From assembly GCF_000020385.1 (NCBI RefSeq), contig NC_010814.1, positions 1,890,001-1,922,000 on the forward strand: a stretch of DNA of 32,000 nt, read 5' to 3'. Positions 7,134-14,673 of this stretch are shown here, piece by piece. The translations under genes were made by a program, and so were the position numbers. The stretch is from Trichlorobacter lovleyi SZ (GTDB lineage Bacteria; Desulfobacterota; Desulfuromonadia; Geobacterales; Pseudopelobacteraceae). Below the pieces are notes generated by a model that made no database searches, was not told where the DNA came from, and worked only from the letters and a program-made list of their open reading frames with translations. Within the stretch, counting starts at the first letter, position 1. Each line of letters begins with the position of its first letter.

Positions 7134-9143
7134 ATGACCAAACCCGTTCTTGCAGCACCGTTTTTCGTCCTTAAACGCGACGGCACCCGTGCCCCCTTTG
7201 AGGCTTCCCGCATCCAGTCTGCCATCCAGCGGGCAGGCACGGCCACTGCAGAGTTTGGCGATGATGAGGCCATGCTCATCACCAGTCAGGTACTGAAGGT
7301 GCTGCGCCACCGTTTTCCCCAGGAACCGCCCACCATTGAGCAGATTCAGGATGTGGTGGAACAGGCCCTGATCTCGGCCAACCACTTTGCCACCCTGCGG
7401 GCCTATGCGGTCTACCGCGAACAGCGCAGCCGTCTGCGCCAGGACCGCAAAACCGTGGTGGATGTAACCGCCTCGGTCAACGAGTACCTTGACCAGAGCG
7501 ACTGGCGGGTCAGTGCCAATGCCAATCAGGGCTATTCCCTGGGGGGGCTGATCCTGAATCTGTCCGGCAAGGTGATTGCCAACTACTGGCTGAGTCAGGT
7601 CTATCCGTCAGAAGTAGGGGAGGCCCACCGCGACGGTAGCATCCATATCCATGACCTGGATATGCTGTCCGGCTACTGCGCCGGCTGGTCGTTGCGGATG
7701 CTGCTGGCCGAAGGGTTCAACGGTGTGCCGGGCAAGGTGGAGGCAGCGCCGCCCAGACATCTTTCCAGCGCCGTGGGGCAGATCGTCAACTTTCTGGGAA
7801 CCCTGCAGAACGAATGGGCCGGGGCCCAGGCCTTCAGTTCTTTTGATACCTATCTGGCCCCCTATATCCGCAAGGATAGCCTGACCTACGAGGAGGTCAG
7901 ACAGCAGATGCAGGAGCTGATCTTCAACCTGAACGTGCCGTCCCGCTGGGGCACCCAGACCCCCTTTACCAACCTGACCTTTGACTGGACCTGCCCGGAT
8001 GATCTGAAGCAGCAGGTGCCGGTGATTGCCGGTGAAGAGATGCCGTTTACCTACGGCGAGCTGCAGGCCGAAATGGACCTTATCAACCGGGTCTATATCG
8101 AGGTGATGACTGCCGGAGATGCCAAGGGCAGGATCTTTACCTTTCCGATCCCCACCTACAACATCACCCCGGACTTCCCCTGGGAGAGCGAGAATGCCGG
8201 TCTGCTGTTTGCCATGACCGCCCGCTACGGCCTGCCGTACTTCCAGAACTTTGTCAATTCAGAGCTGACCCCCAACATGGTTCGCTCTATGTGCTGCCGC
8301 CTGCAACTTGATCTGAGGGAGCTGCTGAAACGGGGCAACGGCCTGTTCGGTTCAGCCGAGCAGACCGGGTCGCTGGGGGTGGTCACCATCAACTGCGCCC
8401 GCTTGGGGCATCAGCACCAGGGGGATGAGGCAGGGCTGCTGCAACGGCTGGATCAGCTGCTGGAAATCAGCCGCACCAGCCTGGAGATCAAGCGCAAGGT
8501 GATCCAGCGCCATATTGACAACGGCCTGTTTCCCTACACCAAGCGCTACCTGGGCACCCTGCGCAACCACTTCTCCACCATCGGGGTCAACGGCATCAAT
8601 GAAATGATCCGTAACTTCAGCGCGGATCAGGAGGATATCACCACCCCGGCGGGCCACGCCCTGGCCGTACGGCTGCTGGATCACTTGCGCACAAAAATGG
8701 TGGAATTTCAGGAACAGACCGGCCACCTCTACAACCTGGAGGCCACCCCGGCGGAAGGCACCACCTACCGCTTTGCCAGAGAGGACAAGAAACGCTTCCC
8801 GCAGATCCTGCAGGCCGGTACTGCAGATGCGCCTTATTACACCAACTCATCCCAGCTTCCGGTGGGCTTTACCGATGACCCGTTTGAGGCGTTGCAACGC
8901 CAGGAAGAACTGCAGCGCAAGTATACCGGCGGCACGGTGCTGCATCTGTATCTGGGGGAACAGGTCTCCAGTGTGGAGGCCTGCAAAAATCTGGTGCGGC
9001 GCTCGCTGGAGCGGTTCAGGCTGCCCTATGTCACGGTAACGCCGACCTTTTCCATCTGCCCCAAGCATGGCTACTTAAGTGGCGAACACCAGTTCTGCCC
9101 ATTGTGCGATGAAGAACTATCCCGCAGTCAATCCCAACAATAG
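7134..9143 (+). CDS. nrdD: Anaerobic (class III) ribonucleoside-triphosphate reductase, large polypeptide lacking the glycyl-radical segment
   Basis: N-terminal ATP-cone (VLKRDGTRAPFEASRIQSAIQRA...). Long NrdD core with a C-terminal Zn-ribbon-like CPKHGYLSGEHQFCPLC. The ORF stops at TAG 9141-9143, before any RxxGY glycyl-radical motif. AAAGGAG at 7118-7124 precedes ATG 7134. Confidence 0.9.
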   Translation: MTKPVLAAPFFVLKRDGTRAPFEASRIQSAIQRAGTATAEFGDDEAMLITSQVLKVLRHRFPQEPPTIEQIQDVVEQALISANHFATLRAYAVYREQRSRLRQDRKTVVDVTASVNEYLDQSDWRVSANANQGYSLGGLILNLSGKVIANYWLSQVYPSEVGEAHRDGSIHIHDLDMLSGYCAGWSLRMLLAEGFNGVPGKVEAAPPRHLSSAVGQIVNFLGTLQNEWAGAQAFSSFDTYLAPYIRKDSLTYEEVRQQMQELIFNLNVPSRWGTQTPFTNLTFDWTCPDDLKQQVPVIAGEEMPFTYGELQAEMDLINRVYIEVMTAGDAKGRIFTFPIPTYNITPDFPWESENAGLLFAMTARYGLPYFQNFVNSELTPNMVRSMCCRLQLDLRELLKRGNGLFGSAEQTGSLGVVTINCARLGHQHQGDEAGLLQRLDQLLEISRTSLEIKRKVIQRHIDNGLFPYTKRYLGTLRNHFSTIGVNGINEMIRNFSADQEDITTPAGHALAVRLLDHLRTKMVEFQEQTGHLYNLEATPAEGTTYRFAREDKKRFPQILQAGTADAPYYTNSSQLPVGFTDDPFEALQRQEELQRKYTGGTVLHLYLGEQVSSVEACKNLVRRSLERFRLPYVTVTPTFSICPKHGYLSGEHQFCPLCDEELSRSQSQQ

Positions 9144-9156
9144 AAAGGATCGGATT

Positions 9157-9333
9157 ATGAACTCAAAACAACCGCAAACCGCCATCCCTCAGGAACAACG
9201 CCAACCCTGCGAGGTCTGGACCCGCGTGATGGGTTACCACCGCCCGGTGGCATCATTTAACACCGGCAAGAAGTCAGAGTATGCCGATAGACAGTTTTTC
9301 AAGGAAGCTGCATGCTCAGCATCGGCGGACTGA
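9157..9333 (+). CDS. Small ORF (58 aa) encoding the NrdD-type glycyl-radical segment
   Basis: MNSKQPQTAIPQEQRQPCEVWTRVMGYHRPVASFNTGKKSEYADRQFF carries the class III RNR C-terminal signature (RV-GY--PV--(W/F)N-GK--E---R). Its frame is shifted +1 relative to nrdD. AAAGGA at 9144-9149 lies 7 nt before ATG 9157. The 3' end overlaps the nrdG start. Confidence 0.6.
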   Translation: MNSKQPQTAIPQEQRQPCEVWTRVMGYHRPVASFNTGKKSEYADRQFFKEAACSASAD

Positions 9334-9893
9334 CGCCGTTCACCACCATTGATTATCCCGGCAAGCTGGCCGCAGTGGTCTTCTGCCAGGGCTGCCCCTG
9401 GCGCTGCAGCTACTGCCACAACCAGCATCTGCTGGATGCTGGCCAGTCTGGGACAGTGACGTGGCAGGAGATCATCAGGTTTCTTGAACAGCGGCGCAGC
9501 CTGCTGGATGCGGTGGTGTTCAGCGGAGGTGAACCGACTATGCAGCCCACATTGCCGGAGGCTCTGCAAGCGATACGGAGGATGGGGTTTCTGACCGGCC
9601 TCCATACCGGTGGGCCGTACCCGCAACGGCTTGCTGCCTGTCTATCGCAGCTGGATTGGGTGGGAATGGACCTGAAGGCACCCTTTAAACTGTATGATCA
9701 GATCACCGGGGTTGCCGGCAGTGGCACCCTGGCAGAACAGAGTGCAGAACTTTTACGGGCAAGCGGTGTCAGCCATCAGTTCCGCACGACGGTTGATCCG
9801 TTTTTGCTTGCAGACAACAGAATTGAAAAAATGCGGCTGATGGTTGAAGGATTTGGTGCCAAGCTGTTGTTACAACAAGCTTTGCTCCGTTAA
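9312..9893 (+). CDS. nrdG: Anaerobic ribonucleotide reductase activating enzyme (radical SAM)
   Basis: The radical-SAM cluster motif CPWRCSYCHN sits near the N-terminus (IDYPGKLAAVVFCQGCPWRCSYCHN). Size and position, directly after nrdD, are typical. Confidence 0.9.
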   Translation: MLSIGGLTPFTTIDYPGKLAAVVFCQGCPWRCSYCHNQHLLDAGQSGTVTWQEIIRFLEQRRSLLDAVVFSGGEPTMQPTLPEALQAIRRMGFLTGLHTGGPYPQRLAACLSQLDWVGMDLKAPFKLYDQITGVAGSGTLAEQSAELLRASGVSHQFRTTVDPFLLADNRIEKMRLMVEGFGAKLLLQQALLR

Positions 9894-10091
9894 GTCAAGC
9901 TCGTGTTTGCCTGCTTGTCTTTTTCAGTAGATCTGCCTGAACAAAAAACAGGTTGCGCTGATATCCGTTGCCATGGTAGTTGGTGTTACGAAATATCAAA
10001 ACGTGCTACCAGCTGTGACGCTGCTTTCATTATACTATTGACACGAGTTGGTTTGTACCAGCAGGATATCAGGCGATTTGAGGAGATGATC

Positions 10092-10886
10092 ATGCAGCCA
10101 GTTCATTCAACCACCCTTGTGCTTTGTCTTGCCCTTGTAACTGCCGGTTCGGCTTTTGCCGGACCTCCCCTTGCCACTGATGATGCCGGTACGGTTGATG
10201 TCGGCAAGGTAGAGATTGAGCTGAACAGCTCCTACGGCTACGACAGGCAGACTGTTAATGGATCAACCACCAGGACCAACACCGCTGACGGAGAAGTCAA
10301 GATCACCACCGGCCTGTATAAGGATCTTGGCATCTCCCTGGCGATTCCCTACCTATTCAATGAGCGTTCCAATCTGGATGGTGCAGTGTCCAACACCGAC
10401 GGTTTCGGTGACATGACCCTGGAGGTGAAATACCGCTTTGCAGAGCTGGCCGGCATCAATCTGGCGATCAAGCCCACGGCCATCATCCCCACCGGCAAGT
10501 ACAGCAATGGCCTGTCCGAGGGGCGTTGGCAATTCGGCGGCACCCTGATTGCCACCAAAGAGTTTGCAGATGGCGCCTACGCCCTGCATGCCAATCTTGG
10601 GTATGAATACCACCACTACCGTGAAGATGAAGGCACACAGCGCAGAAACCTCTGGTCAGGCTCCATTGCCGGTGAGGCAGAGGTTGCCAAGGGGCTGTTT
10701 GCTGTGGCTGATTTCGGTCTGGCCACCAACCCGGACAAGAGCTCAAATGAGCTGCCGGTCTATGCCCTGACCGGTCTGCGGTACGAAATCAATGATCATC
10801 TGGATGTTGATGCCGGTATCAAGTTCGGTCTGACCAGGCCGGAGACCGACGTAACCGCACTGTACGGCCTGGTGCTGAAGTTCTAA
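10092..10886 (+). CDS. Outer-membrane beta-barrel channel, copy 1 (MetA-pathway/'Phenol_MetA_deg'-like transporter family)
   Basis: Signal peptide MQPVHSTTLVLCLALVTAGSAFA. Alternating beta-strand pattern with a C-terminal aromatic residue (LVLKF). GAGGAG lies 7 nt before ATG 10092. The track's 9903 start is an upstream extension. The protein is identical to the ORF at 14677..15471. Confidence 0.8.
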   Translation: MQPVHSTTLVLCLALVTAGSAFAGPPLATDDAGTVDVGKVEIELNSSYGYDRQTVNGSTTRTNTADGEVKITTGLYKDLGISLAIPYLFNERSNLDGAVSNTDGFGDMTLEVKYRFAELAGINLAIKPTAIIPTGKYSNGLSEGRWQFGGTLIATKEFADGAYALHANLGYEYHHYREDEGTQRRNLWSGSIAGEAEVAKGLFAVADFGLATNPDKSSNELPVYALTGLRYEINDHLDVDAGIKFGLTRPETDVTALYGLVLKF

Positions 10887-10889
10887 CAC
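10092..10889 (+). repeat. Left arm of a perfect 798-bp inverted repeat
   Basis: Reverse complement of 14674-15471; paired coordinates sum to 25563. Both ends were checked by eye. Nested ORFs in other frames (10349-10558/15005-15214, 10353-10616/14947-15210, 10483-10746/14817-15080, 10549-10770/14793-15014) translate identically. Identity starts exactly at the ATG and ends 3 nt after the TAA. Confidence 0.9.
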
Positions 10890-10915
10890 AGCGGAATGAG
10901 CAACAATATCGCATT

Positions 10916-11677
10916 TCAGCATTCATCAGAGATGGTGGCTACCCGGTTTCTCCCTGCATGCTTTGCCCGGTAAAGCGCTTTATCAGCTTCAGCAACCAAC
11001 TGCTCAAAATTACCGCCAGGCAGCAAGGCCGCGCTGCCGATACTGACGGTCAGCAGACCGCAGGCATCATAGGGTGGAAACGTAATACTTTCCACCCGCC
11101 TGCGGATCCGGTCTGCAATCTGAAACGCCTCTTCCTCTACGGTCCCCCGCAATAACACCAGAAACTCCTCACCCCCCCAACGGCAGAGCATATCACATCT
11201 GCGTAATGCACTACCCGCAACCTGGGCAAACTTCTTGAGTATCTGGTCTCCGGCAGTATGACCAAAGGTATCATTTACCTTTTTAAAATGATCAATATCT
11301 GCCATCAGCACAGCCAGCGGCAGCTCCTGGTCAGCATATCTGCGTATTTCATGCCGCAGGATCATGTTGGCTGCATGGCGGTTCAGGCAGCCGGTCAGCT
11401 GGTCATAGTTGGCCATATCCCGAAGCGTTTCAAAGTGGCTTTTGATCGGTCGTACGACAATATGGGCAGCCAGCGTGAGGGGGAATGCCAGGCGTGTGCC
11501 GTCAAGGCCCAGCACAACTTTGTGGCTGACCAGCGGGTCAAAATGCAGCATGTCCACCATTCTGCCTTCGCGCAGCCCCATGTCGCGTAATCGTCTGGTG
11601 TCTGAACAATTGCTGTTTATGGCAACGATTTCAGCGGTCTCCCCGGTGTATAGTTCGTTAATGTGGAGTAATGCCAA
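10916..11677 (-). CDS. FeoA-domain / GGDEF-domain fusion (predicted diguanylate cyclase)
   Basis: The N-terminal FeoA-like SH3 domain reads LYTGETAEIVAI...RRLRDMGLREGRMVDML...LGLDGTRLAFPLTLAAHIVV. The C-terminal GGDEF domain has an intact GGEEF active site and an RxxD I-site 5 residues upstream (RRCDMLCRWGGEEF). AAGGAG (11689-11684) lies 6 nt before TTG 11677, so the track start at 11698, which contains the SD, is rejected. Confidence 0.85.
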   Translation of the reverse strand: MALLHINELYTGETAEIVAINSNCSDTRRLRDMGLREGRMVDMLHFDPLVSHKVVLGLDGTRLAFPLTLAAHIVVRPIKSHFETLRDMANYDQLTGCLNRHAANMILRHEIRRYADQELPLAVLMADIDHFKKVNDTFGHTAGDQILKKFAQVAGSALRRCDMLCRWGGEEFLVLLRGTVEEEAFQIADRIRRRVESITFPPYDACGLLTVSIGSAALLPGGNFEQLVAEADKALYRAKHAGRNRVATISDEC

Positions 11678-11692
11678 GGTTATCTCCTTTAA

Positions 11693-11753
11693 TAACAACG
11701 CAGCCAGCCGAAACGGCTCCGAAAGTCTCCTGTTTTGGCTGGCTGCGTTGTTA
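11693..11753 (-). other. Long intercistronic hairpin just upstream of the FeoA-GGDEF RBS
   Basis: 17 perfect base pairs (TAACAACGCAGCCAGCC at 11693-11709 with GGCTGGCTGCGTTGTTA at 11737-11753). The stem extends to about 23 bp if G-U pairs are allowed. No U-tract follows on the minus-strand RNA; the next bases are AUUAAAGGAG. Confidence 0.5.
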
Positions 11754-11777
11754 ACGTGGCTGGCGAGTATTCAGTTG

Positions 11778-11906
11778 TCAGTGGTTGCAGCTTCCTCCGC
11801 AACCGTCGCTGCCACAGCAGCCCTTCTTTTTCCAGAGTGAGCAATAGAGGAGCCATACGGCTCCTCCTGCGATCAGGATCATCAAACTTACATCAAACCA
11901 TCTCAT
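11778..11906 (-). CDS. FeoB-associated Cys-rich small membrane protein (42 aa)
   Basis: Hand translation gives MRWFDVSLMILIAGGAVWLLYCSLWKKKGCCGSDGCGGSCNH. That is one TM helix, a KKK stretch and a Gly/Cys-rich tail, matching the known FeoB-associated Cys-rich family. It starts 8 nt after the feoB stop and is below the ORF-track length cutoff. Confidence 0.75.
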   Translation of the reverse strand: MRWFDVSLMILIAGGAVWLLYCSLWKKKGCCGSDGCGGSCNH

Positions 11907-11913
11907 GGTCGCC

Positions 11914-14055
11914 TCACAGTCCCAGGAGCCTGCCGCTCTGATAGATAATCAGCGCCACCAGCCAGGCCAGCACGGTTGAGTAGGCAAAGGCCACACCGGC
12001 CCATTTCCAGGTGCCAAACTCCTGCCGCATGGCAGCTCCTACCACCACGCAGGGCATATAGAGCAGGACAAAGGCCATGAAGCTGAATGAGCTGAGAGGG
12101 GTGAATTGACCTTGCAGCGCTGTTTTCAAGGCTGATTGTTCTTCTTCCGGCTCATCTTGCTGCGGCAGATAGAACAGGGTGCTGAAAGCCTTCTTCACTG
12201 CCCCGCCAAAGGAGACCACAAGCTCTTTCAGGTCTTCGCCAAGGGTCGGCATCTCCTTTTTCTCTTCTTCTTTCCTGGGGGCGTAGATCTCGCCCATGGT
12301 GCCCACCACGATCTCTTTGGCAATCACGCCGGTAATCAGCGATGAAGCGGCCTCCCAGGTACCGAACCCAACCGGCTGGAAGACAGGAGCAATGGCAGCG
12401 CCGGCCTTGCCCAGGTAGGAGTCGCGTTTATGCTCTACCCCCCAGGGCAGGTTCAGCATGAACCAGACCAGTACTGAGACCGCAAAGATATAGGTGCCGG
12501 CCTTGATCAGGAAGTGTTTGCCTTTCTCCCAGGTGTGCAGGCAGAGGCTGGTAAGGGAGGGCATCCGGTAGGGGGGCAGCTCCATGATGAACATGGGCGC
12601 CTCGCCCCTGAACAGGGTCTTTTTGAAGATAAAACCCATCAACACTGCCAGCAGCATGCCCAGAATGTACAGTATCCAGATCACGGTGCCGGAGTTGTTG
12701 GGGAAGAACACACCCACAAACAGCACATAGACCGGTAACCGGGCGCCGCAGGACATCAAGGGTATCAAGAGGGCGGTCAGGATCTTGTCTTTGGGGTTTT
12801 CCAGGGTGCGGGTGGCATAGATGCCCGGCACGTTGCAGCCGAAACCCAGCAGCATCGGGATAAAGGATTTGCCGTGCAGTCCAATGGCATGCATGGCCCG
12901 GTCCATCACAAAGGCGGCCCGCGCCATGTAGCCGCTGCCTTCCAGGAAGGTGATGAAGAACATCATGGCAAAGATCACCGGTACAAAGACCAGCACCGAG
13001 CCGACCCCGGCGATCACACCGTCGTTCACCAGCGACACGGTCCAGTCCGGCGCATTGATGCTGCCCAGCATGGCTGCAACCCAACGCTTGAGCGGCCCGC
13101 CCGTCATCTCGTCGATCCAGTCGCTAAATGGTGATGAGAGATCAAAGGTCAGTTTGAACAACAACCACATGGCTGCTGCAAAGATCGGAATACCCAGGAA
13201 GCGGTTCAGCACGATCCGGTCGATCCGTTCAGTCAGCTCAATGTTGCGTTTTTCAGGTCTGGATAAAACTTCACGGCACAGGCCGTTGGACAGTGCATAG
13301 CGTACATCGGCCAGAATACTCTCGATATCATCGCCGTGGGCACGCAGCAGATGTTCAAACAGCTGGGCCGGTAATGAGCCAACCGAAATGTTTGCTGCTT
13401 TGTAGACCAGACTGTCTCCTTCCAGCAGTTTTAACAACAACCAGCGCTGTGGATATTTTTCCAGCAGGCCGCCCTGTTCACGTTGGATATACTCCCGCAG
13501 TCCGGTCAGGACGGTTTCAATATCATCACCATAATTGAGTGTTCTGGGGCTGTTCCGCTTGTCTGCAACCACCGCCTTGAGCAGCTGGTCAAGGCCGGTC
13601 TTTCTGGTGGCAGAGGTAGGGATCACCGCAATACCCAGAGTCTCTTCCATCTGCCTGGTGTTGATCTTGTAACCCTTGGCCTCAGCCTCATCAAAGATGT
13701 TGAGTGCCATTATCATTGGGATGCCAAGTTCAAGCAGCTGCATGGTCAGGTACAGGTTGCGCTCAAGGTTGGTGGCGTCCACTACGTTGATGATCAGGTC
13801 AGGCTTTTCAGTGACCAGATAATCGCGGGTGATGATCTCTTCCTGGCTGTAGGGTGACAGTGAGTAACAGCCGGGCAGGTCAACCAGCCGGATACTGCGT
13901 CCATCAACATCGAACAGGGCCTCTTTTTTCTCTACTGTGACGCCGGGCCAGTTACCCACATGCAGGCGGCTGCCGGCAATGGCATTGATCAGGGTGGATT
14001 TGCCGGCATTGGGGTTTCCGGCAACAGCGACTACCAACGGTTTGTGCTGGCTCAT
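11914..14055 (-). CDS. feoB: Ferrous iron transporter FeoB
   Basis: N-terminal G-domain with GNPNAGKST (G1), DLPG (G3) and NIFD (G4-like), followed by a large polytopic membrane domain. 713 aa. The start overlaps the feoA stop (ATGA). Confidence 0.95.
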   Translation of the reverse strand: MSQHKPLVVAVAGNPNAGKSTLINAIAGSRLHVGNWPGVTVEKKEALFDVDGRSIRLVDLPGCYSLSPYSQEEIITRDYLVTEKPDLIINVVDATNLERNLYLTMQLLELGIPMIMALNIFDEAEAKGYKINTRQMEETLGIAVIPTSATRKTGLDQLLKAVVADKRNSPRTLNYGDDIETVLTGLREYIQREQGGLLEKYPQRWLLLKLLEGDSLVYKAANISVGSLPAQLFEHLLRAHGDDIESILADVRYALSNGLCREVLSRPEKRNIELTERIDRIVLNRFLGIPIFAAAMWLLFKLTFDLSSPFSDWIDEMTGGPLKRWVAAMLGSINAPDWTVSLVNDGVIAGVGSVLVFVPVIFAMMFFITFLEGSGYMARAAFVMDRAMHAIGLHGKSFIPMLLGFGCNVPGIYATRTLENPKDKILTALLIPLMSCGARLPVYVLFVGVFFPNNSGTVIWILYILGMLLAVLMGFIFKKTLFRGEAPMFIMELPPYRMPSLTSLCLHTWEKGKHFLIKAGTYIFAVSVLVWFMLNLPWGVEHKRDSYLGKAGAAIAPVFQPVGFGTWEAASSLITGVIAKEIVVGTMGEIYAPRKEEEKKEMPTLGEDLKELVVSFGGAVKKAFSTLFYLPQQDEPEEEQSALKTALQGQFTPLSSFSFMAFVLLYMPCVVVGAAMRQEFGTWKWAGVAFAYSTVLAWLVALIIYQSGRLLGL

Positions 14056-14282
14056 GGGCAGACCTCGATTTCAATCCCCTTGGCTTCATTCTTGCGCAGC
14101 GAGAGGTTGTAGCTTTTGATTGATACCTCTATCGGATCACCCATCGGCGCCACCTTTTCTACCTTAACGGTCTCGCCGGGGATTACACCCATATCCATCA
14201 GACGGCGACGGATCGGGCCGATGCTGCTGTCGAGTTTCAAAATTTTACCCTGTTGGCCAGGTTTCAGATTGCTCAGGTTCAT
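14052..14282 (-). CDS. feoA: FeoA
   Basis: 76-aa SH3-like FeoA: LSNLKPGQQGKILKL...RRRLMDMGVIPGETVKVEKVAPMGDPIEV. Overlaps both neighbouring genes. Confidence 0.9.
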   Translation of the reverse strand: MNLSNLKPGQQGKILKLDSSIGPIRRRLMDMGVIPGETVKVEKVAPMGDPIEVSIKSYNLSLRKNEAKGIEIEVCP

Positions 14283-14575
14283 GCCATAACTCCCTTCACC
14301 TTGATGCTGCGTGCCATGCGGCGGTCAATGGCGATCCGGGCTTCGTCCACCAGTAATAGCAGCAGATTGCCGTCATTGCTCAGGACTTCCACCTGCTTGC
14401 CCACCCGTAGCCCCATTTCTTCTGCCCTGGTGGCAGTGGCTTTTTTGTGGTGATGGCCGTGATCATGGTGATGAGACTGTCCGTGACTATGGCATCCGCC
14501 GCCACAACCACCGCAGTGTCTGATTTCAAAAATTTCGCCCCGTTCTCCCGGGGTAAGCAGTTCAAGTGGCATCAT
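14279..14575 (-). CDS. FeoA paralog with an internal Cys/His-rich insertion
   Basis: FeoA-like ends (LELLTPGERGEIFEI ... EEMGLRVGKQVEVLSNDGNLLLLLVDEARIAIDRRMA) are interrupted by HCGGCGGGCHSHGQSHHHDHGHHHKK. GGAGG (14585-14581) lies 5 nt before ATG 14575. Confidence 0.8.
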   Translation of the reverse strand: MMPLELLTPGERGEIFEIRHCGGCGGGCHSHGQSHHHDHGHHHKKATATRAEEMGLRVGKQVEVLSNDGNLLLLLVDEARIAIDRRMARSIKVKGVMA

Positions 14576-14673
14576 TCATTCCTCCGCTGAGAAGTTGGCC
14601 GCAAAAGATCACGGAGATCTCAAAAAAATCTATTACTTCCTTTGTGTTCCTTGCGTTCTTTTGCGGCAATCAG

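Noticed and set aside
9957-10071. 9-bp inverted repeat CTGATATCC / GGATATCAG in the nrdG-porin spacer
   Set aside because: It is short and the arms are about 100 nt apart, which is within chance expectation for this window. No supporting structure or motif was found.
9903-10091. N-terminal extension of porin copy 1 (track start 9903), and similar extensions at 70, 18966, 26943, 28232 and 11698
   Set aside because: In each case a downstream in-frame start has a properly spaced Shine-Dalgarno and gives a family-typical N-terminus or signal peptide. Several of the extensions would contain the SD itself. For the porin, the identical copy 2 starts at the internal ATG.
14425-14500. Short repetitive CAT/CAC/GGC-rich tract, as a possible tandem repeat or CRISPR-like signal
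   Set aside because: It is simply the coding sequence of the His/Cys/Gly-rich loop of the FeoA paralog. There is no spacer-repeat periodicity.
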